A DNA stretch of 64,000 nt from an uncultured delta proteobacterium (GTDB lineage: Bacteria; Desulfobacterota; Syntrophorhabdia; Syntrophorhabdales; WCHB1-27): positions 672,001 through 736,000 of the forward strand of contig CAWEPK010000008.1 in the NCBI GenBank assembly GCA_963810935.1. The letters run 5' to 3'. Both the position numbers and the translations under genes were made by a program. Position 1 is the first letter of the stretch. Each line of letters opens with the position of its first letter. The notes beneath the pieces were generated by a model. That model saw only the letters and a list, made by a program, of their open reading frames with translations, did not search any database and had not been told where the DNA came from. Positions 1 through 9,068 of this stretch are shown here, piece by piece.

Positions 1-164
1 ATGTCGAGCTTGCGGCTGATCTCCGTGACGGACAGGCTCCTCCCCTCGCCAAGCTCGAGCTCCAGGATTGACAGCGCCTTTTCGAGCGAAGTCACTGCGT
101 AGGCGTTTGCCGGGGTCGGCCGCACCTTCGATTTTGTTGATGTCGGTGCCATGTCGGATTTCAT
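1..164 (-). CDS. IclR-family transcriptional regulator, N-terminal part (runs off window start)
   Basis: Manual translation MKSDMAPTSTKSKVRPTPANAYAVTSLEKALSILELELGEGRSLSVTEISRKLD; IclR HTH start, paralogous to the 1797 ORF. Confidence 0.85.
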   Translation of the reverse strand, partial: MKSDMAPTSTKSKVRPTPANAYAVTSLEKALSILELELGEGRSLSVTEISRKLD

Positions 165-191
165 TGCATGATATACCGCACGCTAAATGGT

Positions 192-244
192 AGTCAAGAA
201 TAATGTTCTGTATGTTCCAAGTCCAATTTCAATATACGGAACAG
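192..244 (-). promoter_or_regulatory. Operator pair plus -35 box for the divergent IclR gene
   Basis: Minus strand reads TGTTCCGTATATTGAAA...ATACAGAACATTATTCTTGACT; same layout as 340-391 and 1719-1770. Confidence 0.65.
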
Positions 245-322
245 TCATTGGGGCTCAGCGCCCCCTCCACGAACAAAGTCCGTGGAGCCTCCCTACTCGG
301 CGCTGCGCATTCGCTTGCTTTA
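242..322 (+). repeat. Dispersed REP/MITE-like repeat, copy A
   Basis: CAGTCATTGGGGCTCAGCGCCCCCTCCACGAACAAAGTCCGTGGAGCCTCCC...CGCATTCGCTTGCTTT; matches copies at 1638, 21691 and 60545. Confidence 0.8.
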
Positions 323-339
323 GGTATTCAAACATGGGG

Positions 340-414
340 TGTTCCGCATATTAGAACTCAATATTAAGATGCAGAACCATTTTGCTTGACTTTAATATGC
401 GGTACGCGTAAAAG
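340..414 (+). promoter_or_regulatory. Putative IclR operator pair and sigma70 promoter
   Basis: GTTCCGCATATTAGAAC palindrome, second half-site ATGCAGAAC, then TTGACT-17 nt-TAAAAG. Confidence 0.7.
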
Positions 415-514
415 GAAACTAGACGTAAAAAGAGAGCCTACAAGACGGCTCTGGCGATATAAGGCAGCGACGGATTCACGTCGAAGCGGTTTAAAACAAT
501 CAGGAGGACAAATT

Positions 515-1363
515 ATGGTCAATCGTAATGCAGGAAAACTACTTCTTGTGCTCGCGGCGGTTCTCTTCTGTCAATGGGTCTTCGCCGGTGCGCTCGCAGC
601 AGCGGAGCCTGCCAAGATGGTGCAGGCCGGAGCGGTCCTGACCGTAGCCGAATCAAAGAGGCTGATAGCCAAGGCCGTGGCGCAGATGCCGGTCGTCAAG
701 AATGCCCTTGCGAACGGTATGGTCATTATCATCAAGGGGACGACCAACCGCTACGTGGCGGAGGAGATCACCGGGACTAAGATCGTGCCTGCAGAGTTTG
801 CGACTGGAAGGATTACCGGGAAAGGGCCCGCATTGCTGCCCAAAGGGAAAACGGCCAACCACATAGTCCTGGAGAAGGGCAAGGTAGTCAATCTCACGCT
901 TCCTGAGGCCGCCAAGAAGCTGAAAGCGGGCGACGTCGTCATGAAGGGGGCGAATGCCCTGGATTACAAGAACAAGATGGCGGCAGTCGATATCATGGAC
1001 CCGGCAGGTGGAACGACAGGGATCACGATGCCGTACGTGATTGCGCGGAAGGTCAACCTCGTCATTCCGGTCGGCCTTGAGAAGCTGGTCGCGGGAAACA
1101 TAGTCGATATGACCCTGAAGATGCGCGAGCCGATGGAGTCGCTGAGCATGGTTCCGTCCATGTGGCTCCTCACGGGAGACATCGTCACGGAGATCGAGGC
1201 CATTAAAATGCTAACGGGAGCAACCGCCTTCCAGGCGGCCGGAGGTGGTATCGCCGGCGCGGAAGGAGGGGTGTGGCTTGTTATCAGAGGTACCAGGGAC
1301 GAGGTCACGAAAGCTCTCAAGCTGGTTGAGTCGATCAAAGGCGAGCCCCCGTATACGGAATAA
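515..1363 (+). CDS. Uncharacterised exported protein (KGANA...PVGLEKL...TEIEA family), paralog of 6535..7377
   Basis: RBS AGGAGG before ATG 515; signal peptide ending ALAA-AEP; motifs shared with the 6535 ORF. Confidence 0.8.
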   Translation: MVNRNAGKLLLVLAAVLFCQWVFAGALAAAEPAKMVQAGAVLTVAESKRLIAKAVAQMPVVKNALANGMVIIIKGTTNRYVAEEITGTKIVPAEFATGRITGKGPALLPKGKTANHIVLEKGKVVNLTLPEAAKKLKAGDVVMKGANALDYKNKMAAVDIMDPAGGTTGITMPYVIARKVNLVIPVGLEKLVAGNIVDMTLKMREPMESLSMVPSMWLLTGDIVTEIEAIKMLTGATAFQAAGGGIAGAEGGVWLVIRGTRDEVTKALKLVESIKGEPPYTE

Positions 1364-1393
1364 CTCGCAGCGGCGGACGGCATAATAACAAAT

Positions 1394-1425
1394 GGGGCCC
1401 GTGCCACTGCGGGCCCCTTTCTTTC
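1394..1425 (+). terminator. Rho-independent terminator
   Basis: GGGGCCCGTG-CCAC-TGCGGGCCCC hairpin followed by TTTCTTT. Confidence 0.7.
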
Positions 1426-1524
1426 CCCACCGAGTGGCAGCGATATTTAATTGCGAAAAAACGGCGGTAGTCCGACGTACCGACGTAATCTTCGCATACC
1501 GCGCCGCAGTGTCTCTTCCTCTTC

Positions 1525-1720
1525 ATGAGGGGGTGGCTCCGCCGGCCGGGGCACCCGCCCGACGTAAGGAGGGAAGGGTCGCGTGGAGGTGGTGTTGAAC
1601 CCGATTACTGCCGGAGCGAGTACCGAGCGCCGGCAGTAAAAAGCGAGCGAATGCGAAGCGACGAGCAGGGAGGCTCCGTCCGGCTTTGCCGGTGGAGGGG
1701 GCGCTGAGCCCCAATAACTG
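1525..1720 (-). repeat. Two tandem copies (B 1525-1610, C 1638-1720) of the dispersed repeat, joined by a palindrome
   Basis: Reverse complements match copies A, E and F; TTACTGCCGG...CCGGCAGTAA lies between them. Confidence 0.75.
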
Positions 1721-1792
1721 TTCTGTATGTTAGAACTCACTATTACGCATACGGAACATTTTTCTTGACTTTAATTCTCGGCATGGTAAAAA
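1719..1792 (+). promoter_or_regulatory. Putative IclR operator pair and sigma70 promoter
   Basis: GTTCTGTATGTTAGAAC, ATACGGAAC, then TTGACT...TGGTAAAAA. Confidence 0.7.
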
Positions 1793-1796
1793 GGAG

Positions 1797-2643
1797 GTGG
1801 CAAAATACGGAACCTTTCAAACGGAGGATTCCACCATCAAACAGGCACAGGCAAAACAAAAGATCCGTCCTAATCCCGTCAAAACGTACCGGGTGACCTC
1901 GCTCGACAAGGCGCTGTCGATCCTGGAGCTTGTTATAAACCGGGGCCGTGACCTCTCCATTACCGAGATCAGCCGCGAGGCTGAGCATGATGAAGGGGAC
2001 GGTCCACCGGGTCCTCAACACCCTCGTGGCTCGAAAATTCGTTCAGCAGAACAGCAAAACAAAAATGTACGGCCTTGGCGTGCGGACGCTGGAAATAGGG
2101 GTAGACTCCAAGAGGGAAAGGTTCCTTCGCATAGCCATGGCCCCCTTCCTGGTGGAGCTTTACGAGACGTGCGGGGAAACGGTGAACGCGGCCGTGTGGG
2201 AATATAACGCCATCCGTTATATCTATCGGCTGGAGTCTGAAGAGCTGCTTCGAATATCGACGACGGCCGGCGCCAGGTTCCCGGGCTATTGTTGCGCAAC
2301 GGGCAAAGTATTGCTGTCGTACTTCAGCAATGAAGATATCCGGCAGATTTACAGCCTGAACAAATCTTTAAAGAAATATACACAAAGCACGATCGCTTCC
2401 GTCGATGAGCTGATCCAGGAAATCGAGAAAGTCAGGGTCAGGAAGGCAGCGGTCGATGATGAAGAGGCGCTGCTGGGGGTTTACTGCATCGCCGCACCGG
2501 TCCTCAATTCCAGGGGGGAATGCGTGGCGGCCATCAGTATTTCAGCCCCGAAAAACCGGGTAACAGCAAATACCAGGGAAATGCTTGCGAAGCTGGTATC
2601 TGAAACAGCCCGGAAAATCTCAAACTCGTTGATCGAGCCTTAG
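1797..2643 (+). CDS. IclR-family transcriptional regulator (apparent +1 frameshift at about 1980)
   Basis: HTH in ORF 1797 and effector domain (DDEE...GVYCIAAPV) in ORF 1948; removing one G from GAGGCTG gives SRELSMMKGTVHR. Confidence 0.9.
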
Positions 2644-2678
2644 AGGCGGGACACTACTAAAACTGAGAGGGTATTCGT

Positions 2679-3251
2679 ATGGTAGGTATTCGGTTTCATG
2701 GACGCGGGGGACAGGGAGCCGTAGTCGCTTCAAAGATTTTAGCCCATGCCTATTTCAAGCAGGGACTCTACGTCCAGGCGTTTCCGTCTTTCGGGATGGA
2801 ACGAAAAGGGGCCGCCGTTTCCGCGTTTGTCAGGCTGGACAGCGCGCCCATTGCCGAGCGCGGAGAGATCCGGAACCCATCCGTAGTGATCGTGCTGGAT
2901 TCCACCCTGCTGCGCAAAGTGGATGTGGTCCACGGTGCAAAGCCTGATGCGCTGATCCTGCTCAATTGCAGGAAAACCGAGATCGAGAACCCCATAAATG
3001 GCCCCTTTCGGGTGGCCGGGGTGGACGCCATCAAAATAGCGCTTCAGCATGGGCTGGGCTCGAAGACGGCCCCGGTCATCAACACCGTCATCCTCGGCGC
3101 CTATGCGAGGGTTTCCGGAGACCTTGCACTTCCCAACCTGCTGGACGCGATTGAAAAAGGCGTGCCGGTGAACCCGAAACAGAACATAGCCGCCGCCGAA
3201 GAGGCATATCACTCGGTATTCAGGATATCAGGAGATGTGAATGCAGACTAA
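2679..3251 (+). CDS. porC: 2-oxoacid:ferredoxin oxidoreductase gamma subunit
   Basis: IRFHGRGGQGAV and FPSFGMERKGA motifs. Confidence 0.9.
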   Translation: MVGIRFHGRGGQGAVVASKILAHAYFKQGLYVQAFPSFGMERKGAAVSAFVRLDSAPIAERGEIRNPSVVIVLDSTLLRKVDVVHGAKPDALILLNCRKTEIENPINGPFRVAGVDAIKIALQHGLGSKTAPVINTVILGAYARVSGDLALPNLLDAIEKGVPVNPKQNIAAAEEAYHSVFRISGDVNAD

Positions 3252-4443
3252 GATCACCATTCAAAGGTTGTCGGAGCTTCCGACGGCGCCGACCACTATC
3301 GGCACCATGGTGTGGAACGATACCGGAGACTGGCGTTATGTAACACCGGTCGTCGCAGACAAGCTGGCCCCTTGCAGCATAAGCTGCCCGGCGGGCATCC
3401 CGATCCCGCGTTACCTGAACGCGGTGAATCGCGGGGACGTCGGCGTCGCCCTCGCCCTGCTGTTGGCTTATAACCCTTTGCCGGGTCTGACCGGCCGCCT
3501 CTGTTATCACCCCTGCCAGACCAAATGCGTTCGCAAGAAAATCGACAGCGCGATAGCCATACAGAAGATGGAGCAGTTCCTGGGCGATCTCGCGACGGAC
3601 GTTACGATTGAGAAGAGTGAAAAAACAGGTCGGCGGGTTACGGTCATCGGGTCAGGCCCTCTCGGGCTCTCATGCGCGTTCTATCTGAGCTGCCGGGGTT
3701 TCCGGGTCGCTGTACTGGACCCCTCCAACCGGGCGGGTGGTAGGCTCGTCGCCCTTTCACCCGCTAAGATAGAGCCGCAGGTGCTGTCTCGCGAGATCGA
3801 CCGGTTGGTCCGTCTGGCCGATATCAGGCTCGAAACGGGGGCCTCTATCGATTTCGGCAAACCCGGCGAGCTGACGGCGGAGGCGGACCTTGTCATCATG
3901 GACCCGACCGGGCTGCCTGAAGACTTTCGCGCGCTTGCCGGTGCGGTCGCCTGCAATCCCTTTGATGATGATGCCGTTACCGGGGGGGTCGTCTCCGTCG
4001 ATCTGCCGAAGAACCTTGCGCCCTTCAAGGCGCCCATGATCGCGCATTACATTGCCGCCGGCCGTATGCTCGCCCGGAAGGCGTCGGATGGCCTGCTCCA
4101 GGGGAAGTGTGAAGAGCAGGCTGCCGACCAACCCATGCAGCCGGTAAACGTCGAAAGCATAAAGATCGAGCTTCTCCCGGCCTCCGGACCCAGCCCAGCG
4201 AAGGAGACCGGAAAGGATGAAACATGGGGCCGGGAGCGGGCGGCGCTGGAAGCGGAGCGCTGCCTCTCCTGCGGCACCTGCAACCATTGTCTTCTGTGCG
4301 TCTCCTATTGTCCCGACGCGAGCATCCTGACCGACCGGGCGAAAACCACCGTTGCGATCGACCTGGACCACTGCAAGGGGTGCGGCATTTGTGCTTATGA
4401 GTGCCCCCGTGCAGTGATTACGATGGAGGATATGAGCGTATGA
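3241..4443 (+). CDS. Fe-S/flavoprotein fusion (GltD-like Fe-S domain, one Rossmann motif, C-terminal 2x[4Fe-4S] delta-like domain)
   Basis: CSISCP, GRLCYHPCQTKC, VIGSGPLG, CLSCGTCNHCLLCVSYCP, CKGCGICAYECP. Confidence 0.85.
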   Translation: MQTKITIQRLSELPTAPTTIGTMVWNDTGDWRYVTPVVADKLAPCSISCPAGIPIPRYLNAVNRGDVGVALALLLAYNPLPGLTGRLCYHPCQTKCVRKKIDSAIAIQKMEQFLGDLATDVTIEKSEKTGRRVTVIGSGPLGLSCAFYLSCRGFRVAVLDPSNRAGGRLVALSPAKIEPQVLSREIDRLVRLADIRLETGASIDFGKPGELTAEADLVIMDPTGLPEDFRALAGAVACNPFDDDAVTGGVVSVDLPKNLAPFKAPMIAHYIAAGRMLARKASDGLLQGKCEEQAADQPMQPVNVESIKIELLPASGPSPAKETGKDETWGRERAALEAERCLSCGTCNHCLLCVSYCPDASILTDRAKTTVAIDLDHCKGCGICAYECPRAVITMEDMSV

Positions 4444-5603
4444 ATAAAGTCATGATGGGGAACGAGGCCGCCGCCTTGGCCGTAAAACTGGCCCGCGTCG
4501 AGGTGGTCTCGGCATATCCGATCACCCCGCAAACCGTAATCGTCGAGAGCCTTGCCGACATTATCGGCCGAGGCGAGCTTAAAGCCAGGTACATGCCCGT
4601 CGAATCCGAGCACACGGCCATGGCGAGCTGCATGGGCGCGTCGCTGGCGGGCGCCAGGACTTTTACGGCAACCTCCTCGCAGGGGTTGGCCTACATGCAC
4701 GAGATGCTTCATTTTACGGCGGGCGAGCGGGTGCCGGTCGTCATGGTCAACTGCAACCGCGCAATGGCGCCCCCCTGGAACCTGTACTGCGACCACACGG
4801 ATTCGCTGTCCCAGCGCGATACCGGCTGGGTCCAGTATTATTGCGCCGACGTCCAGGACGTGCTCGACTCCGTCTTGATCGCCTATGCGGTTGCCGAGCA
4901 GGCGCTTTTGCCGGTCATGATCAATCAGGACGGGTTTTATCTGACCCATACATCCGAGCCTGTGGATGTGCCGGACCAGGAGGCGGTGGATGCTTTTCTT
5001 CCCTCATTCGAGGCGCCGCTCAAGCTGGATGTGAATAACCCCAAGACCTTCAGTATTGTTTGCGGTTCGGACCTGTACAGCTCCATCAAGTACCGGCGCC
5101 AGGGCGACACCCTTGCGGTGGCAGACCTCTGGGACCGGGAGGCGGAGAAATTCAACAGCCATTTCGGCCGGCTGCACAAGACCGTGGATGCATATCGAAC
5201 GGAGGATGCCGACCTCTGCATCATCAGCATCGGCACGGCCGCCGGCACGGTTCGGCTTGCGGTCGACAGGTTGCGGGAAGAGGGATTGAAGGCCGGCGGC
5301 CTCAGGCTTGCGATGATCAGGCCCTTTCCCGTAGAGGCGTTGCAAAGGGCGCTTGGAAAAGCCGGGCACGTAATCGTCATCGACAGGGATGTCTCTCTCG
5401 GGGCCGAAGGAATCGTAGCCCAGGAGGTGAAGGCGGCCCTTTTCGGGAGCCGGCAGGATGTCAAAGTCACAGGCTTTGTCGCAGGTATCGGCGGGAACGA
5501 TATCACCGTGGATACGCTCACCCCGATGGTGCGGCAGGCGATATCCGGAGACGGGAGCGCAGTCGGGTCAGGGAAATCGCTTTGGACGGAGGTGTTGCCG
5601 TGA
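4440..5603 (+). CDS. porA: 2-oxoacid:ferredoxin oxidoreductase alpha subunit
   Basis: YPITPQT, VESEH, TATSSQGL motifs. Confidence 0.92.
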   Translation: MNKVMMGNEAAALAVKLARVEVVSAYPITPQTVIVESLADIIGRGELKARYMPVESEHTAMASCMGASLAGARTFTATSSQGLAYMHEMLHFTAGERVPVVMVNCNRAMAPPWNLYCDHTDSLSQRDTGWVQYYCADVQDVLDSVLIAYAVAEQALLPVMINQDGFYLTHTSEPVDVPDQEAVDAFLPSFEAPLKLDVNNPKTFSIVCGSDLYSSIKYRRQGDTLAVADLWDREAEKFNSHFGRLHKTVDAYRTEDADLCIISIGTAAGTVRLAVDRLREEGLKAGGLRLAMIRPFPVEALQRALGKAGHVIVIDRDVSLGAEGIVAQEVKAALFGSRQDVKVTGFVAGIGGNDITVDTLTPMVRQAISGDGSAVGSGKSLWTEVLP

Positions 5604-6490
5604 GCGAGCAAATCCAGGCGAAGAGAGAGCTGGTCACCCCCGGCCACTACGGCTGCCCCGGCTGCGGCGCAACCGTGGCCATGTGGCAAACGTTGCCGGT
5701 GCTGGGCGAGGACACGATCGTTGTGATGACGGCCGGATGCTGGTCGAGCATGATCGGTATTTATCCTTACACCTCCCTGACAGTGCCGCTGGTTTCCGTG
5801 GCCTATGGGGCCGCCGCGTCCGTAGCCGCCGGCATCAAGGCCGGGCTGAGCGTCAAGGGAAACGACCATACGACCGTCATGGCCTTTGCGGGTGACGGCG
5901 GGACCTTCGATATCGGCTTCCAGCCCCTTTCCGGCGTCGCGGAGCGAAACGACGACATACTTTTCATCTGTTACGACAACGAAGCATACATGAACACGGG
6001 CATCCAGCGCTCCTCGGCAACACCGGCCGGCGCCTGGACAACCACCACGCCGGACCCGGTCAGGAAGGGCCAGAGGAAGAAGAACATGATCGAGATCATG
6101 GCGGCGCACCGCGTCCCTTACGCGGCCACCGCCAGCATCGGCGCACCGCAGGACCTGAAAGAGAAGGTTGAAAAAGCAAAAAGCATCAAAGGCACGCGAT
6201 TCATTCATATGTTCGCCTCATGCCCGACGGGTTGGCGGCATGCAGCGGACGTGTCCATCGAGGTAGCCAGGCAAGCCGTGGCCAGCCGCATCTTTCCACT
6301 TTATGAAGTGACCAATGGTGAAGACTGGCGGCTCAGCCCGATGCCTGAGAAGAAAGAAATAGACGCTTATCTGAAGCTCCAGGGCAGGTTTAAGACAATG
6401 ACCGACGAAGAACGCGACCGCCTGCAAATGCAGGTGGATAATGACTGGCAGCGTTTGATTAACAGATGCCAGGCTCCGAATGCGAAATGA
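5600..6490 (+). CDS. porB: 2-oxoacid:ferredoxin oxidoreductase beta subunit
   Basis: CPGCG, TPP motif GDGG...DNEAYMNTGIQRS; GTG start overlaps the alpha stop. Confidence 0.92.
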   Translation: MSEQIQAKRELVTPGHYGCPGCGATVAMWQTLPVLGEDTIVVMTAGCWSSMIGIYPYTSLTVPLVSVAYGAAASVAAGIKAGLSVKGNDHTTVMAFAGDGGTFDIGFQPLSGVAERNDDILFICYDNEAYMNTGIQRSSATPAGAWTTTTPDPVRKGQRKKNMIEIMAAHRVPYAATASIGAPQDLKEKVEKAKSIKGTRFIHMFASCPTGWRHAADVSIEVARQAVASRIFPLYEVTNGEDWRLSPMPEKKEIDAYLKLQGRFKTMTDEERDRLQMQVDNDWQRLINRCQAPNAK

Positions 6491-6534
6491 GCCCGGCGTG
6501 CGGTGAGTTTCACTAAAGAATCAAAATTGGAGGC

Positions 6535-7377
6535 ATGAAAATGAAGGCTGCGTTCACACTGATTCCTTCTGAGTCCAGAAGGCTCATTGCAAAGGGCGTT
6601 GCGGCAATGAACGAGATAAAAGCGGCCAGTCAGAGTGGGTACACCATCATTTGCGGCGGCACCACAAACGGATACGTGGCGCAGGAAATATTGGGCGCCG
6701 CCGATATACCTCCTCAAAAATATACGGCCGGCACCATTTGCAACCGGGTGCTATGCACGACCGATATAGATAAGCGGTCCCCCTTCCCCATCATCCTTTT
6801 CAAAGGGGAAAAGGTCAAAAAGACCATCACGGAAGCCCTCAACGATTTTCACATCGAAACCGTCATCATCAAAGGCGCCAATGCTATCGATTCAAAAGGA
6901 AAGGCCGGAATTATCTCATCCGGGTTCGACGGCGGGACGATGGGGGCGACGCTCGGCACCGCCGTGTCGCAGGGACTTAAATACATCGTCCCGGTCGGCC
7001 TGGAAAAATTAGTTCCATCGGTTGAAGAGGCCTGTGCGTGGTCCGGCGCAAAGACCCTTGACTATTCCATGGGCGCTGATTTTGGAATGTTTCTGGTTCC
7101 CAATGCCCTGGTCGTCACCGAGATCGAGGCCCTGAGAATACTGACCGGGGTGGATTCGAGGCATGTCGCCTCCGGCGGGATCGGAAATTGTGCAGGTGCG
7201 GTCGTGATCATCGCGCAAGCTCCGGAAGAAAACGTCAAAAAAGCGATTTCCCTGATCGAAGGCATCAAAGGGGAGCCTATTCTGCCTAATTTCAAAGGGA
7301 CTTGTAAGGCATGTCGTTATAAATGCATTTACGCAGGAAAAGATCAACCCGATCTTCCCGAATGGATGACGGATTGA
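6535..7377 (+). CDS. Uncharacterised cytoplasmic protein of the KGANA/PVGLEKL family with C-terminal CxxCxxxC
   Basis: Paralog of 515..1363; tail CKACRYKC. Confidence 0.8.
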   Translation: MKMKAAFTLIPSESRRLIAKGVAAMNEIKAASQSGYTIICGGTTNGYVAQEILGAADIPPQKYTAGTICNRVLCTTDIDKRSPFPIILFKGEKVKKTITEALNDFHIETVIIKGANAIDSKGKAGIISSGFDGGTMGATLGTAVSQGLKYIVPVGLEKLVPSVEEACAWSGAKTLDYSMGADFGMFLVPNALVVTEIEALRILTGVDSRHVASGGIGNCAGAVVIIAQAPEENVKKAISLIEGIKGEPILPNFKGTCKACRYKCIYAGKDQPDLPEWMTD

Positions 7378-7474
7378 GGGCGTGAACCAGATACGCTGCG
7401 AGCATAGAGAGAAACGATCATGATAAGACCTTGCGTGTTCCATTAAGCAGTGCAAAAACGGGAGGGGAGAAATC

Positions 7475-8464
7475 ATGCAGAGGAAAATGTTTCTTCGGAC
7501 GGTGTTAAGCGTCAGTTTGGTGGTTTCTTTAATCATGGCCTTCGCAATCCCGGCGGCTCAGGCTGAAGGCAAATTTCCCAACCGGCCCCTGACCATGGTT
7601 TGCCCCTACGGCGCCGGCGGAGGGACAGACGCCGTCGCCAGAATGATCGCGGCCCTGATGGAGCAAGACCTGGGGCAACCCGTCAACGTGGTAAACCGGA
7701 CGGGCGGAGGAGGTGCCGTAGGGTTCACCGCGGGCGCGACCGCCGCTCCCGATGGGTACACCATTACGCTGGCCTCGGGGGACATTGCCATGCTCCACTG
7801 GATGGGGACGACGCAGGTAACGCCTAAGGAGTACAGGGCCGTAGGGCAGTGCAACTTCGATCCGGCATCTGTCAATGTCCGGGCCGATGCACCATGGAAA
7901 ACATTGAAGGAGCTTCAGGAATACGCCAAGGCGAACCCCGGCAAGCTGAAGGCATCCGGGACCGGAAAGGGCGGGTGCTGGGACATCGCACGGGCGGGCT
8001 GGCTGCTTACAGCCGGTCTCTCTCCTGACGCCATTCTCTGGGTCCCAAGCAGCGGGGCTGCTTCCACTCTTCAGGACATGGCGGCGCGCGGCATCCCGAT
8101 GTCTACGTGCAGCCTGGCGGAAGCCCGCGCCATGATCGAAGCCAAGAAGGTCAAATCCCTTGGCGTCATGGCGGACAAGCGGCTTCACATCTTCCCGAAT
8201 GTCCCCACGCTCAAAGAACAGGGTATCAACTGGACCTTCGGCGTGTGGAGAGGGGTCCTGGTCCCTAAAAAAACCCCGGATAATATAGTCGCTATCCTCG
8301 AAAAATCGATGGAGAAGGCGTACAGGAACCCCAAGTACAAGGACTTTATGGACAAGGCCGGCCTGGGCATGGTGTGGAGGTCCGCCGCCGAGTTCGACAA
8401 GTACATGGCCGATGAGGACGCGAGCAACCAGAGGATCATGAAGGCTTCCGGAATGACAAATTAA
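7475..8464 (+). CDS. tctC: Tripartite tricarboxylate transporter substrate-binding protein (Bug/TctC)
   Basis: Signal peptide, PYGAGGGTD, VVNRTGGGG, PDGYTI, PNVPTLKE. Confidence 0.92.
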   Translation: MQRKMFLRTVLSVSLVVSLIMAFAIPAAQAEGKFPNRPLTMVCPYGAGGGTDAVARMIAALMEQDLGQPVNVVNRTGGGGAVGFTAGATAAPDGYTITLASGDIAMLHWMGTTQVTPKEYRAVGQCNFDPASVNVRADAPWKTLKELQEYAKANPGKLKASGTGKGGCWDIARAGWLLTAGLSPDAILWVPSSGAASTLQDMAARGIPMSTCSLAEARAMIEAKKVKSLGVMADKRLHIFPNVPTLKEQGINWTFGVWRGVLVPKKTPDNIVAILEKSMEKAYRNPKYKDFMDKAGLGMVWRSAAEFDKYMADEDASNQRIMKASGMTN

Positions 8465-8532
8465 TCGAATCTTTTTCATGGGAAAGCGGTCGGGAAGGTC
8501 CTGATGCGCTTTCCCTGACCCGAGGAACACCA

Positions 8533-9009
8533 ATGGGAAAGAACGACTATATCGGCGCTGGAATTTTCATCGCTCTGGGCGTTTTTATCTGGGCACTCTC
8601 GTTTCAATTCCCGGTCCTGGCGGGCGGCCACCCCGGACCCTCTCTTTTCCCCCGGGTCCTGGGCACCCTCTTCATCGTCTTCTCGTTGATTGTCATCCAT
8701 GAGGGCCGGCAAAAGTCCAAAGCACCGCCTCCTCCCGAAGAGGATGAGGGAGGAAATGTAACAATCATAGGAAAAGAGAATTACTTCAACGCGGTACTGG
8801 TAATCATCCTCATCGCTGCTTTTATTCTCGCGGCCCCGCACTTGGGCTTCATTATTACGGGCGGGGCGGTCCTCATCATACTGATGTGGAAATTACACGT
8901 TAAGCCCGTAAAAGCAGTGATTGTTTCGGCCGTTGTCATCTGCTTCATATATACCGTATTCGCGAAGGGCCTGAGGGTCCCCCTGCCGCGCGGCTTTTTG
9001 GGGTGGTGA
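8533..9009 (+). CDS. tctB: TTT small membrane subunit
   Basis: Several TM helices, GPSLFP, LRVPLP; lies between tctC and tctA. Confidence 0.85.
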   Translation: MGKNDYIGAGIFIALGVFIWALSFQFPVLAGGHPGPSLFPRVLGTLFIVFSLIVIHEGRQKSKAPPPPEEDEGGNVTIIGKENYFNAVLVIILIAAFILAAPHLGFIITGGAVLIILMWKLHVKPVKAVIVSAVVICFIYTVFAKGLRVPLPRGFLGW

Positions 9010-9068
9010 GAATGGATTTCATGATTCGAAGCGACAACCGGATAACGATCGGGAGGCGCTGAAAAGCC

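Noticed and set aside
5060..5599. N-terminal extension of the beta subunit in the ORF track
   Set aside because: Overlaps porA; the real start is the GTG at 5600, coupled to the porA stop
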